Positions 39,020 to 53,122 of a stretch of 64,000 bases of DNA are shown here, in pieces. Location of the stretch: NCBI GenBank assembly GCA_964016885.1, contig OZ024741.1, positions 336,536,001-336,600,000 on the forward strand, given 5' to 3'. The DNA comes from Eledone cirrhosa. Its lineage: Eukaryota. The translations under genes were made by a program, and so were the position numbers. Numbering within the stretch: the first letter of the stretch is position 1; each line of letters begins with the position of its first letter. Below the pieces are notes generated by a model. The model saw only the letters and a program-made list of their open reading frames with translations. It was not told where the DNA came from and ran no database searches.

Positions 39020-39440
39020 AGAACATTATAATTCTTCCATGTTCAAAAATGTGTAGTAATGTTACAGCCTGATTCTTCTATGTTCAAACATATGTACCAA
39101 TATTACAGCCTGGCTTTTCTGTGTCCAAAAGTGTGTAATAATAGAATAGCCTAGTTCTTCTATGTTCAAAAGTGTGTAGCAATAAAACAGTCTAGTTCTT
39201 CTATGTTCAAAAGTGTGTAGCAATAGAACAGCCTAGTACTTCAATGTTCAAAAGTGTGTAATAATAGAATAGCCTAGTTCTTCTATGTTCAAAAGTGTGT
39301 AGCAATAGAACAGCCTAGTTCTTCTATGTTCAAAAGTGTGTAGCAATAGAACAACCTGGTCCTTCCATATCCAAAAGTGTGTAGTAATAGAACAAAGTGT
39401 GTTCTAAGTCCAAAAGTATGTAGCAATAGAATCAAGTAAG
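39020..39440. repeat. 41-bp minisatellite, about 10 copies
   Basis: Unit TTCTTCTATGTTCAAAAGTGTGTAGCAATAGAACAGCCTAG; starts at 39155 and 39196 are 41 bp apart. Confidence 0.9.
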
Positions 39441-42400
39441 TTCAATAGAGTAGCAATATATATTGGCAACATGTAATTTTTTTATCATAACTACTATACA
39501 AAATCTGAAACTAGCACAGCATTTGTAAAAATAATTTTTAATTTCCTGGAAACGTAAAAATTATTATCATTATTGAATAGTTTTGTTTGTGTTTTTGTTT
39601 TTGTTTGTTTGATTTGGTTTTTCAGTTACAACTTGTATGTAATGTACAATATAGAATACATTACTTCCTTGACTAAAACTGAAAAGCCTATAATGTTTAC
39701 TGGTAAATGAAAGGAAATAAAATGGCTTTAGCTTGAAAAATCTATAACCCACTGAAAGACATTAATAAAGCATTATTCTAAGATAATGGATGCAATTAAC
39801 ATATGTCCCTGTTGTAAAGATTTTAACAAAAGTAAAAGCAAGAATTTAAATGTAATGAATAAAGTAAATGGATGTAGACATTAGTGATCAGAAAAAGCTA
39901 ATATAAAACCATTATTTACTTATTCATATATATAATCCCAGAGCAGCTGTTTTTAAATATTTTACATTTTCAACAAGAAGAAAATATACAGTAAAAATAT
40001 TTATTGTAGTTCAGAATTTTTATAAATCTAAGAAAATAGAATAATTTATTGTTTGTGTATAAAATTAATTCAGAAAGAAAAGAAATATAATAGATTCCAG
40101 ACAAGGTTTTTACAGTTTTGAAGTAAATATTTTATGGTATATGCATACCTACTTCACAAAAACTGTTACTTAGTATTTTCTGATTCATTAATGTTATAGT
40201 ATGACAGATCGTTTTTTTCTCAAACACACATAAATGAGAATAAAAGATAACTACAATTGTAATGTTCAATATTAAAACACATTTATAAATTACTAGATAT
40301 CATAGTCCATATAAACACATTAATATATAAAATAGACTTTATAAGCACATTAATGTATAAACAAATACATTACCATCACCAACCGTTCCTATATAATAGA
40401 TTGAAGTCTTGTGTATATCAGGTGTATGTTTCTGATCTCAATTACATTAAGAACTGAATTAAAAATTAATAATTCAATTGAAATTTACATCAAATATTAC
40501 TGTGATTGGCTTTGCATCTGATGGAAATGGTGCTTCTTCCTGCAAACAGTTGTTAACCACAAGGATTAAAGGATTCAAAGAGAGTAACAGCGTATTGACA
40601 AAATTATTAAGCAATGTGAAAATCACTGTAAAATTGTGAAGCCGATATTCTGTATCTGCATAAACTAATAAGCTGTCCTCTGCAGTAATGTACGAAGTAA
40701 GCTTCATTGAACTTAATGTATCTTTCAGGTGTAAATTATTAGCTATCTAAATTCAATCATATTCAAATTATATCACTCTTACTTTACAGTCATGCAGTCA
40801 TAGCAAGAACATGGTATATCTCTTTGTCATGCAGTCCTAGCAAGAGCATGGTATATCTCTTTGTTTGCAAGGAGAGCTGCTGCTCGTGAAACATTATCTA
40901 TTGTATTCATTATAATCATAGATACATGTGTGTGTGTTTGCCTCCATCTTATTTTAATGTATTTAACATGTAAATCTGAAGCCATTTTCTACATGTTAAA
41001 CAACAATAGCTAACTCATCATCGATGCTTCTGAATCATTTCAACATTACATTGCATAGAAATTCAGACAATATGGAGCCCATACTAAAAGTAAACTATAA
41101 TTACATCCTTTCAAGTAAACTCAACCATATCTCTTAGACTCACAAAGCTTAAATGATCTAACCTTTTGCAGATCCTTTTAGATTTTAAGGCATTAATATT
41201 ATAAAAGCTAAACTCCTGAGTTCACAGGCCCTTTTAGTCTATTATACATATTTTAAAAGTAATTTCCCTTCTATGAACATTTCAATACTTCATAGTAAAT
41301 GCTTTAATATATTTATCAGAATTCTCACCAACTAGACTAAAATGATTTCTCATTTTCTTTTCGTTAAATGCTTTGCAAACTTGGAATCTACTATTTTAAT
41401 TCTATTACTGGAAGGCTCTCACTTTAAGAACTAACAAAATTGCATTTTAAATATATTGATAAGCATTAAGCAATCTTTAAACCATAAGAAAGTTGTATCT
41501 ATTTCTTATATTCTGTCTTATTCTTATATGGATTGTCTTTTCTAAAGTTCTTATTAGTTTGCCTTCTGTTAATGTACTGTGATATCTCCTACCAACTCCG
41601 ACAGATCTCCAATGTTATTACCATTTCCAGCTACTCTAAATCTCATACTTCATTCTCATTCTCCTCTTCCTTTTTATTTATTTATTGGTAACAGCAACCA
41701 ATAGAATCGAATTGCTAATGACTCTTTCACCCTAACAACAAATATTCAGAGATTTCAGATTGATGCAAATAGAGAGAAGAATAGAAGCTTCATGATTCCT
41801 TATTCTGTAAATGATATCTGATATGATTTATGATATCTTAATGAATGTATAATGTGGAAGTCCATTATATATGCACTACACACACACCATACACACATAC
41901 AACATACACATATGCACACATAAATACACACAACATACATACCAAACACATACGTATACAACACATCTATGTATCTATGTATGATATACAATGGCAACAA
42001 ACTAGTTACGTTGAAAAATCATAATTGATCATCTCATAATAGATGTTTCAATTCATCTTTACTCATTTATGAAATATATATACTTATAATTGAGCAGATG
42101 TCATCTCTACAACTTTTCCTATCTACATTTGTAGTCATTCATATACATGCTTTAATATTCTTGTCCCTTGACTTCCAGGAGAATATACTTTTCCTGTCTT
42201 TTCACACATTTTGAGAATAACTAATAACAATCAATTAAAATTTCCATCACTATTTTTTTATGATTTAATTTTTTATTTAATTTTTCTATTTCTTTTTACA
42301 TCACAATCATTATAACAAATTATTATTGTTAGCTAAGTGCAATTGGTTCTGTTAACTTTTTAATTTCTTTTTTATTAATTCAAGCACAGGTTTAAAAATT

Positions 42401-43039
42401 CCTTCCTATGAAACTAAATATAAAATGTTATTTCCATGAATCCAATTTAATTGGGTGTTTTTCAAAACGATGTCATGTATAATTAGATTAGGCTAACTTT
42501 GAGAAAGAAGTCTGTCTCACTATATTTCTTTGTATTCCACTTGTTGACTGAATCACTTGAAGAATTTCTAGAAATTTCACAAAGGCAAATATCGGGGCAG
42601 GCACGTATTTGTGGTTAAAAAGGTTTGCTTTGCAGATGTATGGTTCCAGGTTAAATTTTATAGTAGATAATTTTGGGCAAGTGCATTCTCACATGAACCC
42701 ATATATACTGTATATGTATAATTACAAACGAATCGAATGTTATTATTAATATTCGAAAAACTCAGATTACATTTATTGTATTCAGCCATGTAGAGCGAAA
42801 TTTTCTTTTTTATTTGAATTTGGCAAAGCCGGCCATTTATCGCTCGTATACAGGAAACTGACTGGCCAGTCTACAGATATGCAAATCTGGCTGGTCAGTG
42901 GATCTGCTAATATGCTGATCTGACTGATCAGCCAGTCTGCTAATATGCAAATCAGGCCGATCAGTTACTGTGTATTTTTGAAAATAACATATATTTGCAC
43001 TAGCTCTGAAAGTTTGGCAGGTGAACAGTGAGCTGTACT

Positions 43040-45150
43040 GATAATAATAATGAAATTATTGTGTAAAGTGCTCAGGTGCACTACAACTTGTCAAAGGTGC
43101 ATGTATAGTACATAGAATAATATACAAATGTCAGGGAAGTGAATAGTGTATTGAGTCACGATATACATGTGTGTATGTGTGTGGATGGGTAATATTAGGT
43201 GTAGTGTTGGTGAATCTCAGGAAGCATGAAGGTTTTAAAGGATGCAGTGTTTCGACAGCTAACAACTGATGCAGGTAGTTTGTTCCATGCTTCAGCAACT
43301 CTGAGCATGAAAAAATGTTTCCGAAAGTCATGGGAACTGTGCTGTTTTCTGACTTTGTGGGCATGTTAGACACATGGAAATCAAAAAGCTACTCAGGGTT
43401 GTTGTTGGCAAGATGGTTAATAATTTTGTGGGTGTTTACCAAGTCATTTGCCAGAGGTCGGAGCTTCAATGTATCCATGCCCAGGGAAGCAAGGCATTCA
43501 GAGTATGGTAGATGCCTGGTGGAGGGTATTCGCTTGGTTGCATGTCTCTGAACAGTCTCCAAGCGGTCAATGTTCTGAGCAAGATAGGGGTTCCAGACTG
43601 GTGATGCAAATTCTAAGTGTGGCCGCACCATAGCTATGTACAGCTTTAAATAGATAGCTGGAGAGCGGCTGACAAAGGTCTTGCTGAGTGATGCTAAGAC
43701 ACCCTCGGCCTTCTTGACAATTTTAGAGAATGCTTCGTCCAACGCAAATCGCTGCTGACCGTAATGCCCAGGTCACGTTCACAAGAAGACTTCTTGATAT
43801 TAGTGTTGTGGAGGGAGTATGTGGACGCTGGGTTTTTACTCCCAAAATGCATGGTGGTGCACGTGTCAACAGCTAGCTTGAGTTGCCAGTCTGTGATCCA
43901 TTGTTGCATTGTGGCATTCTTTAAGTTGGCATCTATGTCATTAATATATGCCACAAACAAAAGGGGGCCAAGAACAGATCCCGGTACACCAGATGACATC
44001 TCATATGGTGAGGAATGCTGTCCCAGAACCGTGACTACCTCTCTTCGACTGAGAATGAAGGACTTCAACCAGTTAAAAAGATCATCCTTCACACCCATTT
44101 TAGAGAGTTTTGCCATAAGCCTTTTGTATGGCACAGAATTGAAAGCTTTAGCAAAGTCAAGGTAAACAACATCCACCCATGAGCCACCATCAGTGATCCA
44201 GGTGATATCTTCAAGAAACTCGAAAATTTGATCACAGCAGCTGGAGTTAGGGATAAATCCAAATTGTGAGGGTCCGATAAGACTGTGAGAGTTCCAGAAA
44301 TTCCAAAGTATTTCTCTGACACAGGATTCCATCAGTTTGGCAATGCAGCTAGTAAGACTGACTGGACTATAGTTCACAGGTGATGTGCGGTCACCCTTTT
44401 TGAACAGAGGAATGACACTGGCAGTTTTCCACTGCTCTGGAGTAGCAACGTTGTTCAGACAGAATTGGAAGAAGCATGATAGCTGGTGCAGAAGCAAGTA
44501 CCCACCACGTTTGAGAAGCAGGAGAGGCATGGTTGCGTTTATTTTTAAGGTGACGTCGCAGCATTGCAGGTGTAAATTCCATGGTTGTAATAGAATCCGA
44601 TGTCAGAGGTGGTGGAGACGGTACGCTCTGGTCTTCAATAGTAAAAATGCCTGCATAGCATTCAGCAATGAGCTCTGCGCATTCCTTGGGGTCATCAGTA
44701 ACCTGGCTTGTGTGGGGATTGCGAAGAGGACCAACTGGAGAGTGAGGCCTCTGCATTGAGTGAACATACTTCCAGAACACCTTACTGTCAGGGCTGGTTG
44801 CTGTGCGCTGCTCAAATTGAAGCACTGCCTTTTTTGTCACCTGTTTGAGATGGTTGGATGATTTATTTTGCCTCTTCCTATTGATATCTGATTTATGCAG
44901 TTTCTACTCATGTTCAGCATTACAATGTTCTTTTCTGGCAAGACGGACTGCTACAGTCTCCCAAATTGCACTTTTGGGATGTTTTTTCTGCTTACGTGGC
45001 ACCGATGCTGCACATAATGTCCAAATTGAGCTCAGGATGTTCTAGAGTACAGTGTTGACATCTCCAGTCATAGAACTCAAGCCAGTTTGGACATTGCAAC
45101 TCGGTGCAGTAACAGTTCCAGTCTGCTTTATTCCAGTCATGATGAAGGGT
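43040..45150 (-). mobile_element. Degenerate CR1-clade LINE
   Basis: NYSPVSLTS, QFGF, DVVYLDFAKAFNSVP, GSVLGPLLF, ERDLGI, VRPHLEFASPVWNP, LETVQRHATK; frameshifts and YADD region lost; (ATT)n tail near 43040. Confidence 0.9.
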
Positions 45151-45322
45151 GATACCCAGAAACATTAGTGTCTGCAGTTCTGATCGCATGCTAACACAAG
45201 AGCAAGAATGAAGTGTTCATTCTAATGACATGGCTATAAAATCGAGGCTTGTTTGTATAATTACAAACGATTTACGAATGTTATTATTAATATTCGAAAA
45301 ACTCAGATTACATTTATATATA

Positions 45323-45718
45323 CGAGGGTAATCCCAAAAGTAAGATCTCTAAAGCGATGGGGACGCAGAGAAACTGTTCATATGGCTGTTGGCAACACTG
45401 TTGTGATTGGTGCTTCCTTCACTCCCAAACAAGCATGCACGCACTTCGTTGGGATGCTCAATCTTGGCTTGGCAGCAGCCATTGAGAATTGAGCTCCCGT
45501 TGAACGCTACCGCCAAGTGCGAATTTCACACAGTTATTATAAAGAGGGCAATCCTAAAAGTAAGGTCTCCTTCTGAGGAAAACATGCGTAAAGATCGGTG
45601 GATCACTCTGGATGCTCTCTGCATTTTGGTTCCTGAGGTTTCCCGAAGCACCTTCCACAGGATTTTAACGGAAAAGTTGCAATATCGGAAGGAGACCTTA
45701 CTTTTGGGATTGCCCTCG
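45323..45718 (+). mobile_element. Internally deleted mariner element
   Basis: TA|CGAGGGTAATCCCAAAAGTAAG...CTTACTTTTGGGATTGCCCTCG|TA; HTH remnant DRWITLD...SRSTFHRILTEKLQYRK; extra TIR-like copy at about 45543. Confidence 0.82.
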
Positions 45719-45804
45719 TATATACATATATATATATAGGAAAAGAGTCAGGACCTCCCCCCCACCCCCGATGGCTGGCCAAACAGCTGGATTGTTTATA
45801 TGTA

Positions 45805-45857
<53 letters not shown>

Positions 45858-46580
45858 GTGTGTGTGATTGTAGACAACTGACCATTTTTTGCAGACTTCA
45901 CCACGCTTTAACAGAGAATGGTCATACAGCCACTGAAAACCCTTTGTTTGCTTAGAATAAATGAACCTTTAAAATTAGGAGCGCCTGCATTTGTATCATT
46001 CTGTATCACTATGTATTTTTCTCTAAGTATAGTTTTTTTAAATAATCCCCATTCTTTAAATCCATCAGCCAATGACTTCCACCCACCCCAATCACCAGAC
46101 AATGTATAAATACCACCATATCACATTGACAGTCAGCTTTCCTGATGATTTCCTTTCAATGGAAATATTCTAGTTCTGTAGAAGCCATTTCTATATTTTA
46201 AAAAAATGTATATATATATATATATATATATACATAGTTCTAGGTATGGTGAATTAACTGTTGTGTTACTACTTATCATCATCATCATCATCATCATCAT
46301 CGTTTAACATCCATCTTCCACGCTTGCATGGGTTTGGACAGGAGATTTCCTACTTGAGGCAAGAGTGGTTGTCTTGCTCGCATAGGACTGTCTGGTGGGT
46401 TTTCTACGGCTGGATGCCCTTCCTAACACCAACCACATTTACAGTGTGAACTGGGAGGTTTTTACCATGTTACCTACACGGCCACATTACAGCGTGGACT
46501 GTGTGTTTTTTTGTCGTGACACCTACATGACTTCATTTGTTTCGAACTGGATGTTGTGGTACCAACATAACTTTACATTG

Positions 46581-46637
<57 letters not shown>

Positions 46638-46639
<2 letters not shown>

Positions 46640-46786
46640 AACGAGTAGGACGCCGACGGCTGAGCTCAAGCCGTTTCGACGGCTAATTCTGGACTAAATC
46701 TAGATTTAGTCCTATTACCCACTCTACTAAGTATTGAGTACTTTGGTGCGTTATGGTCCATCTGGTTCCGTACCACATTTACTCCG

Positions 46787-46790
<4 letters not shown>
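46638..46790 (+). mobile_element. Short non-autonomous PLE end in (TA)n
   Basis: Near-identical to 17095-17233. Confidence 0.78.
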
Positions 46791-46845
<55 letters not shown>

Positions 46846-47637
46846 TATATATATACACATATATATATATTCACACACATACATATATATATATATATAT
46901 ACACACATATGTTTGAATGTATATATGTGTGCATACATATGTATATATGTCGTCATCATTTAACATGTGTTTTTCTATGCTAGCATGTACATACATATCT
47001 ATCTCTCTCTCTACACACACATATATATATATACATTTATATATATACATATATACATATATATATATATACATATATATAAATATATATACACATATCA
47101 TCATCATCATCATCATCATCGTTTAACATCCATCTTCCACGGTAGCATGGATTAGACGGTTTTGTTCCATTTGTTGCATTTGTTGCTCACATGGAAGCGT
47201 CTCTCGCAGGTTTTTTACAGCTGGATGCCCTTCTTAACACCAACCACATTTACAGTGTGGATTGACAAGCCTTTTCACCGTTTCTGCTACACGGCCACCT
47301 TACAGTGTGGACTGTTGTGTCATCGACACAGTGGACGGAATGGGAGAGGGGGGTTGGGTAGGGTGTGCCATTGGGGTATACATTGTGTTAAGAGGTGCCT
47401 ACTGACTGTAGGTTTGTATATATATAAACATATATATAGGTACATATATATACATATATATATATACATATATACATATATATACATACACATATATATA
47501 CATATATATACATATATATCCAAACCCATGCAAGCGTGGAAGATGGACGTTAAACGATGATGATGATGATGATGATGATACATATATATACACATATATA
47601 TATACATCACATATATATATGTATATACATATATATA

Positions 47638-48939
47638 CGAGGTGTGTCAGAAAAGTTCCAGGACTGATGTCACAAAAGATTTATTTCAAACCCAAACTTC
47701 ACACTAAGAGTTTTCTCCTTCAAAGTAATCCCCCTGGAGTATGTAACTGTAATCTTAGCTCTCTGCAGTGATCAAACTTTTTTGTTCATAATTTTATATA
47801 CATGTCCTCTGTTTCAGGTCATCAAGCAATGAGCACAGAGCAACGAACGAACTTGGAGTTTCTGGTACGGTTGGGGAAAACTCCGTCAGAAGCACTGGGA
47901 TTGCTGCAGCAAGTGTATGGAGATGAGACCATGTCACGTTCACGTGTTTTTGAGTGGTGCAAGAGGTTTAAAGAAGGACGCAAGGACATGGAAGATGACT
48001 CCAGGAGTGGAAGGCCCTCAACAACCAGGACTGAGGTCAATGTTGCGCGCGTCAGGCAGATGTTGCGTAGCGATCATCGGCTGACTGTTCGACTGATGGC
48101 AAATGAGCTGGGCATGAATCTGGAAGATTCCCACTGAAGATTTGTACATGGGGAAAGTTTGCGCGAAGATGGTGCCAAAACTGCTGAACGATGACCAGAA
48201 GGGTCGACGCATGCAAGTGTAACAGGACATCCTCGAGCATCTTGAAACCGAACAAGACTTGCTAGGGACAGTCATCATTGGTGATGAGTCATGGATCTTC
48301 GAGTACGACCCGGAAACTAAACGCCAGAGCCTTCAGTGGAAGAGTCCATCGTCGCCAAGGCTGAAGAAAGCACGACAGTCGAAGTCCAAAGTCAAGGTCA
48401 TGTTGATCACATTCTTCGATGTGAGGGGGATCGTCCACTGCGAGTTCTTGCCACAGGGCCAGACAATCAACCAACATGTCTACAAAGAGATACTGCAGTG
48501 TTTGCTTCGTTCAGTGCATGAGAAGAAGCAAAAGTTGTGGCAGGACAACTCGTGGGTGCTTCATCATGACAATGCCCCTACTCACAATGCCCTAAGCATC
48601 CGACAGTTCCTGGCCAAGAAGAACATCACCGTGCTGGAGCAACCTCCTTTCTCCCCCGACCTGGCTCTGTGTGATTTTTTCCTATTCCCCAAGCTCAAAG
48701 GGGTCATCAAGGGGATCCATTTTGAAGACATGGACAACATCAAAAAGGCTGTGATGACGGAACTGCGGAGGATCCCGGAAGAATCCTTCCAGGAGTGCAT
48801 GCAAGCTTGGCAGAAAAGGATGGAAAAGTGCATTAGACTCCAGGTGGATTACTTTGAAGGAGAAAACTCTTAGTGTGAAGTTTGGGTTTGAAATAAATCT
48901 TTTGTGACATCAGTCCTGGAACTTTTCTGACACACCTTG
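47638..48939 (+). mobile_element. Mariner (DD34D) DNA transposon with ~103-bp TIRs and TA TSD
   Basis: TIRs 47638-47740 and 48837-48939 flanked by TA; transposase inside. Confidence 0.95.
47829..48873 (+). pseudogene. Disrupted mariner transposase
   Basis: HTH (EQRTNLEFL...SRSRVFEWCKRFKEG...RSGRP), GDESWIF, HHDNAP, SPDLALCDFFLF; frameshift near 48120 and TAA near 48220. Confidence 0.92.
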
Positions 48940-49358
48940 TATATATATACATCATATATATACCTATATATATATATATATATTTTTATATATTCATTAG
49001 TTAAGCAAAACAAGACCACACATTACACAAGGAAGACATTATTAAAAGATTGTCAACATATTTTAGTTTGATGTAAGGAATGTAGAGAATAATAATAATA
49101 ATATTAATAATAATAATGTCCGTTTACAATTGTTTAAATTTGTGGTCTTGTTTTGCTTAACTAATGAATATTTCCAGCTCTGCGCGCCTAACTTCTGCAT
49201 GAACCCAGCCACCTAGCTGCTTTCCACTGCATATTGCACATTGAGCACATGCCTTTACCCTTTGGCTTCTAACTAATTCACCAATATCTCCTCTCCTATC
49301 TCCATCTCTCTCTTTAAGATTGGTTACTCTTGAACTGTGTATATATTTATATATATAT

Positions 49359-49808
49359 ACTGGACCGAGATCTTTGACGCTAAACAGTAATACAGAAAAC
49401 CTGCCTTGCCTAAGTACAAAGCGAAACCTACAGTCAGTAGGCACCTCTTAATAAAAAAAACACCCCCTCCCACTACCCCCAACTCCCCCACCCCCATCAA
49501 CACCACCCCTTCCTCTGTAAAGTTATGTTGGTACCACAACATCCAGTCGTAAATAAATGAGGTTGTGTAGGTGTCACGACAAAAAACACAGTCTACACTG
49601 TAATGCGGCCATGTAGGTAACACGGTAAAAACCTCCCAGTCCACACTGTAAACATGGTTGGTGTTAGGAAGGGCATCCAGCCGTAGAAAACCCACCAGAC
49701 AGTCCTATACGAGCGAGACGACCAATCTTGCCTCAAGTGGGACAATTCCCGTCTAAACCCATGCTAGCGTGGAAGATAGACGTTAAACGATGATGACGAT
49801 GATGATGA

Positions 49809-49812
<4 letters not shown>
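49359..49812 (+). mobile_element. RTE family B 3' UTR-only fragment
   Basis: Matches the family-B 3' UTR and (GAT)n tail; similar fragments at 31675-31872, 46275-46585, 47098-47415. Confidence 0.85.
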
Positions 49813-49852
<40 letters not shown>

Positions 49853-49892
49853 TATGTATATACATATATATATACATATATATATGTATATA

Positions 49893-51475
49893 CATCATCA
49901 TCATCATCATCAACGTTTAACGTCCGTGTTCCACGCTTGCATGGGTTTGGACGGGGGTTTTCCCACTTGAGGCTAGAGTGATTGTCTTGCTCGCATAGGA
50001 CTGTCTGGCGGGTTTTCTACAGCTGGATGCCCTTCCTAACACCAACCACATTTACAGTGTGGGGCTGGGAGGTTTTTACCATGTTGCCTACACGGCCACA
50101 TTACAGTGTGGACTGTCTGGCAGGTTTTCTACAGCTGGATGCCCTTCCTAACACCAACCACATTTACAGTGTGGGGCTGAGAGGCTTTTACCGTGTTGCC
50201 TACACGGCCACATTACAGCGTGGACTGTGTGTTTTTTTGTCGTGACACCTACACGATCTCATTTTTTTCGGCCTGGATGTTGTGGCACCAACATAACTTT
50301 ACATTGAAGGGGTGGTGTGGATGGGGTGGGGGTGGTGGGACGGAGGTGTATTTTGTTAGAGATGCCTACTGGCTGTAGTAGGTTTTACTTTGTATTTAGG
50401 TAAGGCGGGTCTTCTCTATTACTGAGTACCGCCAAAGGTCTCGGTCCAGTGACATTGTCTTGGAGAGGTGTAAGTGTGTGAGGTCAGAATTTATCAGCTC
50501 GTCCCAGGTTTTTCTGGGTCTGCCTACTCCATAGCTACCATCTATCTTTATTGCCCTGCACTTTGTTATACAGCTGTCGTCTTTCATGCGCATCACGTGA
50601 CCATACCAACGTAGCCTTCTCTCGAGTAAACAACATGTGATCCCTCTTATTTCTAATTTTTTCCTTAGTTCGTTTATGCTTTGCAGTTCACGTATGTTAC
50701 TATTACACATCCAGCGGAGCATGCAAGCTTCGTTCCTCTCTAGTCTGCGTATATCCTCTGCACACAATGCCCAGGTCTCACTGCCAGGCAACATTGCTGC
50801 TCATATGCAGGCATCATACAACCTGCCTTTCATTCTTAGGGAGAACCCTTTAGCGGCTAATAGTGGTATAAGCTCTCTGAACTTTTTCCAACCAGTTCTG
50901 ACTCTAGCTACTGTACTTTCAGAGCACCCTCCCCCACTGCTGATTTTGTCGCCCAGGCAACGGAAGCTGTCCACTATTTCTATAGAACCCTCTGCGCAAT
51001 TGAAAGAGCTAGTATTTAGTGGGCACTTGCTGCTACTTATTGCACCAGAGCACCGGCCACATGTAAAATCTATGTTCTTAGTTAGCTTACCTGTGATCCC
51101 ACTACATCTTTTATGCACCCATACTTTGCATTTGGGACATAAAATAGAGTTTCTACCTACGCCTTTCCTACACACTGAGCATGGCCATTTCCCGGAAAGG
51201 ACTGGCGCCTTATTTTCTTTCCTACAAACTAGAACTTTAGTCTTAGCCAGGTTAATTTTAAGGCCTTTTGATTCTAGGCCGTGCTTCCATGTTTGGAATT
51301 TCTTCTCTAGCTCGGCCATTGATTCAGCTATGAGCGTTAGATCATCTGCATATAGGAGTTCCCATGGGCAGCCGGTCTTGAACTCCTCTGTTATAGCCTG
51401 AAGGGCAATAATAAATAGTAGGGGGCTAAGAACAGAGCCCTGATGGACACAAACTTTTACGCTAAACTCTTCACT
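49893..51475 (-). mobile_element. 5'-truncated RTE family B copy covering RT core to 3' end
   Basis: [28 protein letters not shown]...VHKRC...CGRC, FRCLG, GRPRKTWD. Confidence 0.93.
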
Positions 51476-51526
51476 ATATATATACATATATATATACATA
51501 TATATATATATGTATATATGTATATG

Positions 51527-51596
<70 letters not shown>

Positions 51597-51679
51597 CATA
51601 TATACATATACATATATACATATATATATATATACATACATATATATATATACATACATATATACATATATATATATAC

Positions 51680-51728
<49 letters not shown>

Positions 51729-51755
51729 CATATATATACATATATATATATAAAC

Positions 51756-51848
<93 letters not shown>

Positions 51849-52671
51849 AGAGAGCATTATACACAGTTGAACAAAAGATTTAGTTTACTTGAGGATAACA
51901 TCACAGAATGTGTTGAACATTTCTATAGAATTTTATATGAAAACAACTGAAGCACAACACAGCTGCCAAGTTCATGCAACAATGGTCAAACAAATATTAA
52001 TGACATGAAAATAGAAATACAATTATCTTTGTTATACTTGATGGCAGTGTATTTTATTTTATAACACATTTTGGTAACTCTACATATTAATACCATTAAA
52101 CAGTGGTTTAGTTTTGACAAGACCAGAGATATGTGGCTTTATTTTACAGATATAAATACTGAAAGAGATAATTTAAACATTGTGGACATGAGACTGAGGA
52201 TTTAAGATATAAGCATCAAATATTGTTTATATATACAGGGTTGGGAGTACCCTCAGTTGTGTCAAAGACATGACAACTTCTCCTATGCACTAGTGGAGCA
52301 TCAACCGTACATAAAGTGAAACACAGATCCCTGGGCTTCCTGGGAGATCAGGGACTCCACTTCAGTACTGATTTGGTGTATGTAGACCCGTCCAACCTTT
52401 GCTAGCTGGGAAAGTGGACGTTATGATGATAATGATGAGGATCAGCTGAAAAGTTCATAAGCTGACCAAGATACTCTCATGGAATTACCAAATGAGGTTT
52501 ATTTTTCAACATATTCCTTGTAAAACAACAATCGAGTTATTAATAAGAAGAGTTGCAAGATTTCACAGCTCTAGCATCAATCCTTGATAGTCAGACTATG
52601 AACTTTTCAGTCCCCCCCCCCCCCCTTATATGTAGCTGATCTCTTATACTTTTACGGAGTGCTGAGGGGGT

Positions 52672-52882
52672 ACAATTGATATAAAGAGTGGTGTGCTCGT
52701 GTGAGAAGATGGTATAAAATAGCTTATAACAAAAAGGATGAAGACCCTTAAAGCCAGAAAAAGAAGTTACCATAATGGCCCATAGCAATTTCTTTTTCCA
52801 GCATAAGGGTTTTCATCCTATTTATTATAAGCTATTTTATACCATCTTCACACATGAGCACACCACTCTTTATATTAATTGT
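52672..52882. repeat. Imperfect foldback (~100-bp arms) of a dispersed repeat
   Basis: TATAAAGAGTGGTGTGCTC...GAGCACACCACTCTTTATA; single arm at about 28838-28930. Confidence 0.85.
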
Positions 52883-53122
52883 TTCTATAATTTGTATATT
52901 TAGGACTTGATGAAATTTCTAACAAGAATTTTGTTTACATATAGCTGACTCTACTATAACAACAACAACAATAAATTGTTTTATAGTAGATGTGTATTGC
53001 AACTGTTATATTATATTGTTTTACTTTTTGCTTCTCTTTCAGACTTTACAAATGGTATCATAAATACTTTGCACTGAGGAATGATTTATTATCTTTACCT
53101 ATTGGAAATATTTGTAAAAAAC

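Noticed and set aside
39020-39440. Regular 41-bp repeats resembling a CRISPR array
   Set aside because: Head-to-tail units with no unique spacers, eukaryotic context, no cas genes.
40474-40707. 77-aa minus-strand ORF in the TE-poor island
   Set aside because: No recognisable motif; length compatible with chance.
46135-46180. CTGATGA followed by a TTTCC/GGAAA hairpin
   Set aside because: No GAAA after stem II and no stem I/III partners, so not called a hammerhead.
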